From NCBI GenBank assembly GCA_022813865.1, contig JALDZX010000036.1, positions 62,001-126,000 on the forward strand: a stretch of DNA of 64,000 bases. Direction: 5' to 3'. Of this stretch, positions 13,219 to 26,718 are shown piece after piece (position 1 is the stretch's first letter; each line of letters starts with the position of its first letter). The position numbers were made by a program, and so were the translations under genes. The notes beneath the pieces were generated by a model. The model saw nothing but the letters and a program-made list of their open reading frames with translations, did no database searches and was not told where the DNA came from. This stretch comes from Xylographa opegraphella. Taxonomy: Eukaryota.

Positions 13219-14950
13219 TCAGAACTAATTCGAAAAGTGAAACGACCCTCAAAAAGCAGAATGAAGCGCTCAACATGATGATTCACAACGGGATTGGGAC
13301 CCAGGTGTGTGACGGTGATGGAAGTGACGTGCTCAAATATTACAGAACCTCGGTTATACGTCGTGAGTCGTGAAGGCGCACAATAAGACAGATATGAAAT
13401 GAAATGCAGAACCCCCGCCCCACTTCAAAGAGCTCACTCAGTGGACACGTGTCGTCACAGTCATGGAATGCAGAGTGCACAAAAAACTGCTTCGTGGACA
13501 GACGGGATCCCAATGGGTGGCTGATGGTTTGAAGCCCCATCTCCGATAAAAGTTGGTTGTTGCCGGTCCAATCTCTCTACGCAATCCCCATCCTACATGT
13601 GCCACAGACACTTAGGAGGAATCAAATTTGCAGAACATGTTCATGGATTACCGCACCTACTCCTTCATAACACTGCCACTTGAAGAGCATTGTGTCCCGA
13701 GCTGTAGATGCGCCCTGCCAATTGCAACGAGTAGTCTCCTCGGGGCTATGAGCCAACCACTGAGGCCAGGTCGAACATATAGGGAGCACTTTATCACCTG
13801 CTCATCAAAGTTCTTGATTACAGTGATATTACCCGCTCACAGTGCTGACCGCTCAGAGGAGTCGGATGAGCTGTCGTACCTAGGTAGAATGCGGCACTTT
13901 TAACGGCGTTGCTCCCGATATCGATTCGAGTCATTGTGTAACAAGGTCGAGAGTTCGTCCTTGTCGCTGTATCTTAGAAACAAGCTTTTCATCATCAGCA
14001 AAGTTGGCGCGTGTCCATCCGTGTCAACGGACATCAGCAAGAGCGATCAAACCAAAGGCCATCGCTCGTTATTCAGGACGTCAAAGAGCCTCTGTTCGCG
14101 AGGTCGACGGCTGGTCGAGAGGTGCTGGCTGTTCCAGGCACACGGCTTGGCTAGCCGCCGCTAAAACGTGAAACACGGCCTAGCGTGGTACACGATCGTT
14201 CCAGGCGTGGAAGCTAGAGAAGGACAACCTCACGACTGGCTGGCATGCCATCCTCCATCACCGCCCTCGTCACATATTGGCATCCCTTCTTCACCGGCCT
14301 GGCCATGGTGGGGGCTCCGAGTGTCAGAATGCCTATGCGTATATGGAAGGATGCGGTGGATTGGGCCAGGCCGCCGGGACCGAATTATATAGAACCGTGG
14401 AGGCCGGCGGCCCAAGAGATGTTCATGTCGCCAGGACGGCCCAGTGGGGATTCGAACAATCCATTCATTGCTCGTGCTTCAACACCTTGACCCACGTCCA
14501 CTCATTTGGTCAAGGACTGCTACCTTATTCAACACGCTATCACTCACACCTTGCCTTGCTTCACTTGTGACAATAAGACGGCCGCGGCGCCACCTCATTC
14601 ATGATTGTCCACCGGCTTCTTTTGTCCTTCCTTTGACTCGACGGTGACTATTGTGTACTTCTTTCATTAGAACAATCCTCATTCACGACTGGTTTCGTTC
14701 CTTTGTCCATCTTTGTATATAGAACTTCTCCTGGCCTCGAGAATCTTCTTCTTCCAACACTGTCCACACAGTATCTTCATCTTCCAGTATCAACTCGACA
14801 CTCTTTACATCTTTTGAAAACAACCTTCAGCTTCACACTTTTGCTGAGAACCAAGAACAAGAACGATCCAGTGCTGGAACACTGACCTATCCCGATCTCA
14901 AAATATTTCACGCCTTTTTGCCCCGTGCCCTCAAAGGCACTCGCTGCAAC

Positions 14951-17332
14951 ATGTTGAACTCTCTTGTCTTCGCAGCCTCGTATCTGCTGCTTCTGTTAGC
15001 GACTCCGGGCGCATTTGTCGCTGCGCTACCGACACCCAGTACATCCTCGCAATACTGGGTTTCGAACATCGCGAGGCAAGGCAGCATTGCCTTTGGCAAT
15101 GATACCTCCTATGCAATCTTCCGCAACGTCAAGGAATTTGGCGCCAAAGGGGACGGGTCAACCGACGACACAGCCGCCATCAACAGTGCCATCTCGTCCG
15201 GTAATCGGTGCGGAGAAGGCTGCGACTCTTCGACCGTCACTCCTGCCATCATTTATTTCCCGCCAGGAACATATGTCGTCAGCGCTCCCTTGGTTCAATA
15301 TTACTACACTCAGTTCGTGGGCGACGCTATCACTGTTCCAACGCTGAAGGCCTCGGCTGGGTTCAAAGGTATTGCTGTGATCGACTCCGATGTCTATGAG
15401 TCCGGTGGGGCGAACTGGTACACCAATCAAAATAATTTCTACCGACAAGTCCGAAATTTTGTCATCGACATCACCGCTATGCCTTCGACCGCTGGAGCGT
15501 GTATCCATTGGCAAGTAGCGCAAGCCACGAGTCTCCAAAACATACAATTCAACATGGTCCAAGGGGGTACCGATAACAAACAACAGGGCATTTTCATGGA
15601 TAATGGTTCGGGGGGGTTCATGACGGATCTCACTTTCAATGGAGGGAATATTGGCGCTTTCTTGGGCAACCAGCAATTCACTACGCGCAATATGACTTTC
15701 AACAATGTTCAGACTGCCATTTACATGAACTGGAATTGGGTATGGACCTTCAAATCTCTCAACATCAACAACTGTGGCGTGGGCCTCAACATGTCGGGTG
15801 GTAGCTTCACTCCCACAGGAGGGGTCAACCAAACTGTGGGATCTGTTTTACTACAAGACAGCACTTTCACCGGCACGCCTTCTGGCATTATCACGTCCTT
15901 CGACCCGACCAAGGACATTCCCATTAGCGGTGGCACCCTGATCATCGATAACGTGGACTTTTCTGATTCAATGAACGCCATCATCGACGAGCAAGGCAAA
16001 ACTGTCCTTGCCGGTGGTCAAAAGGTCGCTTCATGGGGCCAAGGCAGGGCCTACACCACAGGCGCTGCAGTTGCAGCACACAAGCGGGCCACCACCGGAG
16101 CGAACCAAGTTGCTATCCAGGGCGCGTTGAATGCTCCAAGCAAGCCTACAGGACTTCTCGATGCTCAGGGCGCGATCTTCGAGCGCTCCAAGCCACAGTA
16201 CGAGAATGTTCCAGCATCGTCCTTTCTCAGCGTCAAAGCGGCTGGAGCCAAAGGAGATGGAGTCACCGACGACACCGCCGCGATCCAAGCACTTTTGAAC
16301 AAAGCGACTTCCGACCAAATCGTCTACTTCGACCATGGGGCCTACCTCATCACCAGCACCGTCAAAGTCCCTGCCAACATCAAAATCACTGGTGAGATCT
16401 GGCCGGTCATCATGGCCTCCGGAAAATCATTCTCTGACATGAGCAACCCCAAACCCGTCTTCCAAATCGGTCAACCGGGCGATGTTGGCGCGGTGGAGAT
16501 GAGCGATCTGCTGTTCTCGACCCAAGGTTCGGCTCCCGGTGCCATTCTGGTGGAATGGAACGTCGGTGCCAGCTCACAGGGCTCATCCGGCATGTGGGAC
16601 GTTCACATGCGCATTGGCGGTTCGGCAGGCACCGACTTGCAATCCAACACCTGCGCCAAGAATCCCAATGTGACCGCTCCGGCTAATACTGCATGCGAAG
16701 GTGCCTTCCTCCTGCTCCACGTCACTCCGAAAGCATCCATCTACATGGAGAACAACTGGCTCTGGGTCGCGGATCACGAGCTCGACCTGGGCGACCATGA
16801 TCAGATCAACATCTTCAACGGACGCGGGATGCTCATCGAGTCGGCGCCAGGTCCGGTATGGATGTACGGCACGAGTGCCGAGCACAGCCAACTGTACAAC
16901 TACCAAGTCGTGAACGCGGAAAACGTCTACATGGGCGCCATCCAAACCGAAACGCCGTACTACCAAAGCAACCCGACGGCGCTGACGCCCTTCACGGCCA
17001 ACGCGGCCTACTCGGACCCCACCTTTGCGGGATGCACGACGCCGGGCTGCCAAAAAGCGTGGGGCCTCCGCGTCGTGTCGTCGAGCAAGATCCTCGTCTA
17101 CGGCGCCGGGCTGTACTCGTTCTTCGACAACTACAGCGAAGACTGCCTCGCCACCGAGAGCTGCCAAGACCACATGGTCAGCATCGAGAACTGCAGTGGC
17201 GACGTGTACCTGTGGGGCTTGAGCACGAAGGCCAGCACGAACATGGTCACCATCGACGGCACAGGCGCGGTGCCCCAGAGCGACAACCAAGACAACTTCT
17301 GCGCCACGATCGCATTGTTCGAAGCGGCGTGA
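14951..17332 (+). CDS. Secreted GH55 exo-beta-1,3-glucanase (two beta-helix domains)
   Basis: Signal peptide. Two NVKEFGAKGDGSTDDTAAI-type motifs, plus NQNNFYRQVRNF, HWQVAQATSLQN, WLWVADH, IQTETPYYQ. Single exon. Confidence 0.93.
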   Translation: MLNSLVFAASYLLLLLATPGAFVAALPTPSTSSQYWVSNIARQGSIAFGNDTSYAIFRNVKEFGAKGDGSTDDTAAINSAISSGNRCGEGCDSSTVTPAIIYFPPGTYVVSAPLVQYYYTQFVGDAITVPTLKASAGFKGIAVIDSDVYESGGANWYTNQNNFYRQVRNFVIDITAMPSTAGACIHWQVAQATSLQNIQFNMVQGGTDNKQQGIFMDNGSGGFMTDLTFNGGNIGAFLGNQQFTTRNMTFNNVQTAIYMNWNWVWTFKSLNINNCGVGLNMSGGSFTPTGGVNQTVGSVLLQDSTFTGTPSGIITSFDPTKDIPISGGTLIIDNVDFSDSMNAIIDEQGKTVLAGGQKVASWGQGRAYTTGAAVAAHKRATTGANQVAIQGALNAPSKPTGLLDAQGAIFERSKPQYENVPASSFLSVKAAGAKGDGVTDDTAAIQALLNKATSDQIVYFDHGAYLITSTVKVPANIKITGEIWPVIMASGKSFSDMSNPKPVFQIGQPGDVGAVEMSDLLFSTQGSAPGAILVEWNVGASSQGSSGMWDVHMRIGGSAGTDLQSNTCAKNPNVTAPANTACEGAFLLLHVTPKASIYMENNWLWVADHELDLGDHDQINIFNGRGMLIESAPGPVWMYGTSAEHSQLYNYQVVNAENVYMGAIQTETPYYQSNPTALTPFTANAAYSDPTFAGCTTPGCQKAWGLRVVSSSKILVYGAGLYSFFDNYSEDCLATESCQDHMVSIENCSGDVYLWGLSTKASTNMVTIDGTGAVPQSDNQDNFCATIALFEAA

Positions 17333-18666
17333 TGGATAAAGTTTAGCGGGACCACGGAGGTTCGTAGACGGGAGCAGCTGGGTTGTTCCCCATTCTTTGT
17401 ACATATATGTATCACTCGGTGCATGAAAGGTTTCCTTGTGAGCTACATTTGGGGAGGGGGGGGGCTCGGTTTGGTTTCACCGTGTGATGCGACGATAGAG
17501 ATTGAAAGTGGTGCGCTAGATGGGACGGAAAGAAGCCCGCCGCCTGCATGGCTCGATTGTTCGATAGAATCCTGAAAAATGAAATAAATGAACCAAACTC
17601 TCGCTTCCACATCCGGTCCCCGTTGAGAGAGTGCACGGTAGCGGGTACATCTCGGGTAGCAAATATATTAGGTAACCGTTAAGCCGGACCCTGCTTGACA
17701 TGGGGGACCAGCGTCGATACCAACGACAGAGGCTGTTTGACATTAAAATATGACTTTTGAATTTGTCCAGTTAGATTTCTTCACGCGTAAAGACCACCAC
17801 AACGCCAGTTAGTGGCTTCCACGCGGCTGTGGGCCTCCTCAATATCCTGATCCTGATCCCCCGAGCTTTGGTTGGGTGGCGGAAGTGTTGAACGACTTAC
17901 GTGTGTACCTTACCTTGCCTGTCTCCTTGTCGATTGTCATTTCCGCCAAACCCGATCCCTGCCTTCGGTCCGAGGAGCTCCGGTGTGAGTCTGGGGGCAT
18001 CGACCACATTTGATTGGTCGGCGAGTGTGCATTGCTGCAACACTAACCCCGGATCTGACGCTCCATTCGGGTAGCGGCCCACGATTGACTTTTCGTGCAT
18101 TTGCCGCTACGGTGTAATCGTTCAGGTACGCCGGCCTGCTAATGCGTTAGGCGGCCATTTGATTGGCTAAACCCGTACCTGGCTTGTTGCCCAGGTGAGC
18201 TAGGTCAGGGGCGCATGGAAAAAAGGGATCCCGTCACCTGAGCACCCGGACTCACTCACTCACTCGCTCACTGCACGGTGGCTTTCTTGTCCGCTCCCCC
18301 AAAAAATCAATTTTGTATCACACTCTCCAAATTCACACTCCTTGTGTCACGAAACATATCGCTGTCAACCGTCGCTTCAACTCGCTGTTCGGGTACTTCT
18401 CAGTTGAACCACCTTCATTATCCTGTACATAGCGAGCGGCCAGGCTTCGCGATCACGCTCTTTTCGACCTCCTTTGTTTCACCCTGCTTGCGTGGAACGC
18501 GATCCCGTTCAAGCGCAACTTCGGTGAGGCAAAAGATACACGGCGGAGGTTGTAACCTCCCGACGCTTCAGTTGGAACGAGCTCGACTTTCAGTCCCATC
18601 GACACACATCGTCCTTGTGGTTCGGTGCCAGATAATGACGGTTCTGATCTGACGCGTATATTGAAA

Positions 18667-20409
18667 ATGACCATGGCACTCTTTTCATGGCTCGCCGTCG
18701 CAATGGTCGGCCTGGCCAGACCTACCACCGCCGCCCAGGCTGCCGACTGGGCATCACGCTCCATCTACCAAGTCATCACTGATCGATACGCACTGCCGAA
18801 CGGGTCGACAACCGCACCGTGCAATTTGAACAACTACTGTGGCGGGACATGGAACTCAATCATCGAAAACCTCGACTACATACAAAACATGGGCTTCACA
18901 GCTCTGCAAATATCTCCCGTGGATAAGAACATGCCGCAAAGCACCGACTCTGGCTACGCATATCACGGGTATTGGCCAGTAGACAAGTACGCCGTCAACG
19001 AGAACTTTGGTACTGCGGGAGACCTGAAGAACCTCTCCGACGCATTGCATGCGCGCGACATGTACCTCCTAGTGGATGTCGTGATCAATGACATGGCCTA
19101 TGCGATACCAGGAAAGGGACCAGGAACGGGACAGCTTGGTCCAGGTGCTGTGACCGACTTCTCACAATTCACTCCTTTCAACCAAGCCGAGTACTACCAT
19201 CCGCTCTGTAACATCACTGATTGGGGCAATGCCACCAATTATCAAAATTGTTGGTTCAGCACGCAATATGTGGCACTGCCAGATCTGGACACGCAGAGTG
19301 AAGCCGTCATCAGCATGAGTGGTGACTGGATCAAGAATCTCGTGGCCAATTATTCCATCGATGGTTTACGCATCGATGCGGCCAAGCATGTCGATCAAGC
19401 CTTCCTTCCGCTGTTCATCGAGGCTGCTGGAGTGTGGGCTTTCGGTGAAGTGGACAGCGCCACTGCTCCGGAAGTGTGTGCCTATTCCAACTTGACAGGA
19501 CTAGAGAACTATTCTGTGTATTACAGTATGATACAAGCATTCACCGCGGGCAACATGACCGGCCTATCGCAGATGCTGGACGCTGTTCAAGAGCAGTGCT
19601 CAAATGTGCCCTCACTTCAGAACTTTGCAGAGAATCACGATCAGACTCGGTTCGCGTCATATACCGACGACATGGCAGTGAGTCCTCCTTCGCATCCACT
19701 TCCGTACGCAACTGACCCCGAACAGCTTGCCCAAAATGCTATCACATTTGTCATTATGGCAGATGGAGTTCCCAAGAGTATGTCTCCTGCATGAAGGCCC
19801 GATCTGCATGCTGACCCAGCTTTAGTCTATCAAGGTCAGGAGCAACACACCAAAGGCGGTTCCACTCCCGACAATCGGAGTCCACTTTGGACTACCGGCT
19901 TCAATACGCAAGCTCCCTTGTACAATCTGACAGCCACGTTGAATGCCATTCGCAACCACGCCATCAACCTCGACGGCCGATGGGTCACACAACCAAGTCT
20001 GGAATTATATCTCGACAACTCGACCATGGCGATGAGTAAAGGCCCGCAGAACGTTCAGACGCTCACCGTATATTCAAACCAGGGAAGTCAAGGAGGCTCG
20101 TGGCAACTGTTTGTGCCCAACGCTTATCCTCCAAACTCCCAAGTCACCGAAATTTTGACCTGCACCAATGTCTATTCGGACTCGATCGGCCATCTTAATG
20201 TCTCCATGAACGCCGGAGTTCCGCATGTATATTTCCCCACGTACAATCTCGAGGGCTCGGGACTGTGCGGTCGAAGCCTCAAGACGGGGTGGATAAACAA
20301 CAGCACGATGGCGAATACCGTGAAATCATCGAGCTCGCGGTCTCTAGACATGCGCTGGTCATCCGTCGGGGCCGGGCTCGCGCTGGTCATGAGCTTCGGT
20401 CTGCTTTGA
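18667..20409 (+). CDS. GH13_1 alpha-amylase-like protein, predicted GPI-anchored (AgtA/Aah-type 4-alpha-glucanotransferase-like)
   Basis: Signal peptide; SIYQVITDRY, YHGYW, GLRIDAAKH, FGEV, FAENHD (catalytic D/E/D present). Introns 19678-19725 and 19778-19825. Ser-rich stalk and hydrophobic C-terminus (SSVGAGLALVMSFGLL). Confidence 0.88.
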
Positions 20410-22616
20410 GGAGAGACTGGCTGCGCCGACTTCCGTCCCCTCAGGGCGAGCAGTTCGTGCGGGGGCGGCTCTTCCGTCTGGGCGACCGCGGTCCGGGCGC
20501 GTCGATTTGCATACGCTGGAAAGGAAATATCATGGGGGGTTGCATCTGGACCGGCGTCACACTGTCATTAGATCAAAGACCGTCACGGTCCTGTTGGCTG
20601 AACGCCCGGTCGGACATTTCTTGTACATTCTCGAGCTTTATTTCAAACGGAACACTCCTTGCTAAGCTTGTGTTTTCCAGTAGCTGCGTGCATGTGTGTG
20701 TGTGATTGTAGAATCGATGCCGAGCGCCGGTGCATCGTGCTTCGACTTCATTGTGCTGACTGCCGTTTGAGTAAAAGTAGTGTCACCCGTTTCATATCGG
20801 TGTAGAGGTCGGCGACATTGCCGGTTGTAGAGCGTAGATCTACGTGTTTCAAAGGGTTGCTATGGAGGTATAGACTAGCTAGGTGCTATGTGACTGTTCC
20901 ATCCTCAATCACGCAGCTTGGGCCTGGTCACCTCGCTGCTCGCACGAATGTAGTTAGCGCCTACTGATGCTCGGCGCAGAGACTCTGGAAGAGGACGGGT
21001 AGTACTATGAAGTATAATGGAATAGTAGATTCCCAGAGTCTATCCTACCGGCTTGTGATTGATAAACTTGTTTTCTGTGGGCTGCAGTTTCTTTCAGCAT
21101 TGGTGCTCGATTATTCTCTATTGATGGTCAATTTGCAACGCTGACTAGGAGGACAGGAGGGGGAGGGGGAAACTGTGAGGCTTGGGTAGCTTCTGGAAAT
21201 AGTATCTGGGGATTGTGGAGATTGGGATAGTGCGTTTGATTATTGATAGTGGGCTTTCTCGTTGTGTGGACATGGGCCGGAATGTCTTCATGCTGGAGCG
21301 AGGTCTCTATATAGGGGACGAGTGGCGAAAAGGGGGAGGATGAGAGAAATGCCAAAACCTGGTTATTCTGAGGGGACGAAACGTGGAAATCACTAGCGTT
21401 CCACATACAGGAGTAGCTACCACGTCCCTCGGGACGGATAAAGAATACCTTCTGCGGCGTAGAAACTACGCAAGCAGACTCGTAGTTTCTATAACTTCGA
21501 TTGATCCCATAGCTTGCCCCTGGCTTATAGTACTATCCCAAAGCTTGCTCCAGTATGTGACACGGTCGAGAGTGATGAATGCCTTGATGTACTCTCGCCG
21601 CCGAAGCTCGTCTGATCCAGGTTATGAAGCATGTAGAGACTAACGAGGTTCCGTTGAGGCTTCCATGCTGGCTGGGGGTGGGAACGGCGTCCAGTCCCAG
21701 CCAGCGTTCTCGAGCCTTGATCGAAAGGCATGTCGTCCAATTTGGGAGGAAGCTCTACTTCTTCTAGAAGCACACCTTCGGGCCGGCCTCTACGCCGACA
21801 GCTTCCAGATGGATCCTTCCCGGCGCTAGCAAGGGCCGTGCACACCAGACCTACATCATTTGCTGCTTTCTTCCATCAAAGTGTGTTGCAGCAAGTGTCT
21901 GATGAAGTTCTCCCAGTTCACTCAACATCCACCCCACGGGCGCATACGCTCACTTCTCTTCCTCCTGCTCTGTGAGCACTGCCCTTCTTTTTCTTCAGTG
22001 ATACCCCCGATCTGACGACTTCGATCCTCAGACACGTTTAATACTTCACCTTTAGTAACACTCACCAGTCGCGAAAGCTATTGCTTCAGAGACCGTGTCA
22101 CGAACACGAGAAATCCTCAACATAGCCTAATCTCTTACTTCTTTCACATTGGACGTAGCCAGGCCTGCTCTAGCTCCAAGTGTATCTTCAGATCATCCGT
22201 TCGAACGTGTCTGGAGTTCTGTACGATCATCTCGTGGCACTCCTGCACCTGCTTCGCCAACGCCTCGTTCTTGTAGCCAGCGGTCTCCTGGCTATATATG
22301 ACGGCTGTGTCATAGGATCAGACATTGCCCTCAAGCCAGAACCACGACGTTCACACTCTGCAACTGCTACTCGATCTACTGAGAAGCTTCCACGTCCAGT
22401 CTGACACCCGAAGTCGATTTGGTCTCAACTACTAGGTGGAACGTGAGTACTGCTCGCTCTTAACTGATCATTTGGTTGTCTATCTTTCCTTTGCTCGTTG
22501 CAGCTGCCCATCAAGACGAATGACTTGTTGAAACTGGCTTGAACTCTACCCTTTTCTCCTTGGGACGTCCTTTCATTTTGGTCATTCGCGTCCTTGTGCT
22601 ACACTTTCCGGGAATC

Positions 22617-25600
22617 ATGAGCGATCCTCTTCCGGACTTCATGCAGAATGCGTGTGATTGGATAGAAAATGATGATGAAAGCGAGTCTGGCACTCTTCAC
22701 GAATTCCACGGCCATCAGATCAGACTCGACATCATTTATGGTATTCTCAGAGACTGGACGTGTATCGCAGCAGGCCTACGGGGACCATGGTCAGAATGTT
22801 CCGAGAATCCATTAACGAATCTACCGGATGAATGTCAACCTTCTCCATCGTGTTCATCCACGACTGCGATACCTGAATGGGATGCATCCAATACGTTGGT
22901 TTCGACTGACCCCGAAGACTTCTTCAGCATAAATGGCCATGTCAATGCCGCCAGAGTCGGTGGTCTGTTTCGGTCAAGGAGGAGACCAGCAAGGGCCGGC
23001 CTGCCAGTCTCTGACCTGATTGACCATGTTTCAAGTCCAAAGAGGCGCCGAGTATTGCGAGATAGTATGGTTGCATCGAATGCAGATGCCCTAGGTACGA
23101 ATGGCTGCATGTCGTCTGCCTTCCTTAACACTAACAACAGAGCCTAGTGGGCCATGGAAATTTGGGGAATGGTATCAACGCGTTCACCCCCTCGTCGTCC
23201 AGAAATCCAGAGGCCCGTGCTAGCGCAGATCGTAGGTTTAACAGTGAGCATCAACAGACTAAGCTCAAACCTCTTAAATCTTTCATCCCTCGAAGCGTGA
23301 GAACAGAAGACTGGACGAACTGTCAGAGAACTCAGGAGACAACTCATCCGTCAAGGGTTCCACTGACTCCTAAAGCTGGCTGTTACTCTGCCTTGTTCGT
23401 GTCGGAACTCATCCCTTCTAACTTCACTTCATTACAAAGATTTCAAGTGCTTGACGTCCTTCATTACGAAGCTCCCTATATCCCAACCTGTATCGTCGGA
23501 ATCACTGGTCAAATACCACAGCTTTACTTTGGAAATTTATACTGCAATAAACATTTGCTACCAGAGCACATACACGATCATACCTACAAAATGTCTCAGA
23601 TACAAGGATCACCACTCGTCGCCAGACCTACTGTTGCATTGCCTGTTGAGGTGCTCGCTCACATAGCTCGATACCTTAATCGTCTTGATATGCAAGCACT
23701 ACTTCTGACATCGAAAGATTTTAATGCAAAACTGGGACCGCTTTATTTCCAGCATGTTGTGCTTCCATTCAAATCAAACATATTCTCGGGCTTGAAGAAT
23801 ACCTCCTCGATCGACAGCAAACATGGTAATGAGAAGGTCTCGAGTTCGGCTACTGGGCCAGCAGCATCGACTGCCTCTACGAGTACTGGTCATACTGGGG
23901 CAGAACCGAACAACTTACCTTCGGAGCTCAACATGTTCAGGACTTGGGGCAGCTCGATCATGAAATTTGGGTTTTCTCTCGAAGTAGACGAAGGTAAGTC
24001 ATTGGGTTTGCTCGTTGCCTATTCAAATGCTTACAACACCGAACAGATGAACTTACCAATGCTCCAGAAAAGCAAATCACGAATATGTATAGATCCTTCT
24101 ACGCACATAGTATCCCTTGGCCACAGCAAGAGTATCTTCTCAACCCCACAATCGAAAGGTTAGACATGACCGCAGACCAGAAGAATCTCATGGAGCTAGC
24201 ATTGTCTTCTCTGACAAATGTCAACGAATTGGCCTTGTCTGTTGACAGTGGACTCGGTTATCTTGAGGGCTTTGACAAATCTGACCGAGCTAAAATCGTT
24301 GCTGATAAAGCAAAGTTCTTCGGACGACGCTTCGCTCTGACCAAAGAGGACGAGATACGATTATGGTTAAAAGCCGGTAGCAGTACATTGGCGCGCTTCT
24401 CATTACATGATAGGCAGATATACAACGCCTACCTCAAAGTCCTACGAAAGATCCCACGTCATGCGGATACCTTGATCAGTCTTGTCACTTACTACATGAA
24501 CAAGAATCCTCGTGGAACCTTAACACACCTTGCGTCTGTCGACATATTCGGTCATGTGAAAAGCATCATGTTTCGCGCGGGAATTGCAGGTCTTAATGAG
24601 CACCCACAGCAGTGGAGCACCTTTGAAGAACTGCTTTCAGTAAAAGGTCTCGCCCAAGCAGATGTGTTGACAGGTTCTTTATGGAACCTGAGAAACCCCC
24701 GACCTACGCACAGTATGCTGCATAACACTACCTTTGATCCAAACTCACACAATGACTACCACTCTGTTGCAGAATCAGGATTATTGCTCCCAGAAAGCTT
24801 TCAAGTGGGCCCGTTCTTACCTCCACCGGATTGGGTTGATATGCGGAGATTTTCTACAGGCGGCCGAGAAAACCTAGAGATACGGGACAAATTCAGCATG
24901 ACTGCGGTACGGGACCTCAATCGTGACCTCTTAATGCGGCTCTTCTGTGGATTTGCCGGTTTTCCTCCAAGTGTCATTTTTGATGGTATTGACATCTGCG
25001 ATCAGAGTAATTCAAGGATGTCACAAGAAGCCTATGGCTCAAAGCCCTTGAAGCCAAGCGTTCTCAAACTGGCTCAGAAACAATGGCTTGTAGAGACAGG
25101 TTGGATGCAGCAGACTTTCATTACTTCATACCTGAATTCGATTATCAAGAACAAGTCAAGGTTTGCCACGGTCCGATCTTTTACTCTCGCAAAGCTCTCA
25201 AGCCGCTATTTGCCACGCTTACATGATCGAGAATTCTGGGACGCCCTCGGCCAGCTTGAGAATCTTACAATCCTGGTATCACCCGACTGGCGTGAGATCG
25301 TTTCCGGGCACGAAGGAGAATTTTCATCAACCCAACTTGCCCCTTCCGATGCATGTTCTATGCTGATGAAGCTTCTACAAGAGCTTTCCTCAATTGCTAG
25401 TATCAAATCGTTGAAGACCGGCTTTATTGGTGGAGGTGAGCACGCGGTCGGCTTGCATGCACGGAACCAGCATATTCTCCCGGCGCCGATTACAGACGAA
25501 TCACGATCAAACACATACATTGTGATGCCGTTTATTGAACACCTCACATTCGTGAATTGCTGGTTTGTTCCTAGCACGCTAATGGAATTCCTAAAGTCCA

Positions 25601-26340
25601 TGATTCACCTGAAGCTACGCACGGTACATTTCGATTCCGTGTCACTTATCGTGGCCGGCGGGAGGACAACCTATTTCGAAGCGTCGTGGCCGAGTAACTT
25701 CCCGCCTGAAATCATCCCTGATCCGAGTACGAACACGGTGCCGCCATTCTATCTCGGATTCACCGTTCCGCAGCCGGGCTTCCATAACACCGTTCGACAA
25801 AGCCAGATCACTCCATCGTTCGTGCTGCCGCGGCCAGCAATACAGGACGGATACAGGGTGCCAGTCTCCTGGAAAAGCCAGCGACTGCACAACGACACCT
25901 GGGCCAAGATCATCGACGCCTACACGCCCGGCCAGACGCTGAAGGACAAGCAAGGCGCCTCGGCGCAGGGACCACCCAAGCCCCGATCCCACGGCGGCGA
26001 GCGCGAGCGGCTGGCCAGCCTCAAGTTCACCTCGTGCGGCTACGCCCGGCTGGAGTACCAGCACCTCGGCCCCGTCCTCGACGAGCTCGAGGAGCCCGAG
26101 GAGGGCTCCTACCTCGCCCGCCGCAAGGCCCATATCGAGGTATATATGATGAAGTCCTCGGACCCTTTCCTGGCCGAAATCGTCCCGAAGATCCTTCATC
26201 CCGAACTCGCCCTCCTCACGGGCGCGTTCGGGATGACGGTCGGCCCGGGTGACGACCCGGGCCGGCTGGACAATCGGGAGGATGGACGTTGGGATCGGGG
26301 GACGGGGCGCTTTTCGGGCGAGGTGGGCGGGCGGGCGTAG
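22617..26340 (+). CDS. F-box domain protein with C-terminal LRR-like region (5' model uncertain)
   Basis: F-box-like LPVEVLAHIARYLNRLDMQALLLTSKDF at about 23640. Introns 23095-23147 and about 23994-24047 join three ORFs in frame. The start could instead be ATG 23591. Confidence 0.65.
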
Positions 26341-26398
26341 CGGGCGCCGGGCCCTTCGGGGCGGTTAGGATAGATTTTTGCTGCCGGGGGGGAGGGGG

Positions 26399-26418
26399 NN
26401 NNNNNNNNNNNNNNNNNN
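26399..26418. other. Assembly gap (20 N) next to a G-run and (GGAAT)n-like repeat
   Basis: Literal N run in the sequence. Confidence 0.99.
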
Positions 26419-26718
26419 GGCGGAATGGAATAGAATGGAATGATTTGAGATGGAGAAGCAGACTTGCCGTGTCGTTTCGTGACTATGTGTGAATGATTGA
26501 AATGTGACCATGCATGCAACAACATTGACTACATCCAAGGCAATCGGTTGGATGGTCCGAAAAGCATTGGGTTGGATGAATTCTCTTTTAACATTCTGCC
26601 AAGCAAGCAAAAGTGCCGTGTAGTCACTAAACTACCCTTACTTGAAGTAGACACAAGGCGGATGTCTCGCTATCCCGTGCCAGAAGCATCTATCCTCCCC
26701 CCCTTCTTCACCCCCAAT

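Noticed and set aside
15158..17404. Long antisense and alternate-frame ORFs over GH55 (and similar ones at 25642-26199, 40295-40833, 57750-58411)
   Set aside because: Shadow ORFs caused by high GC3 in real genes.
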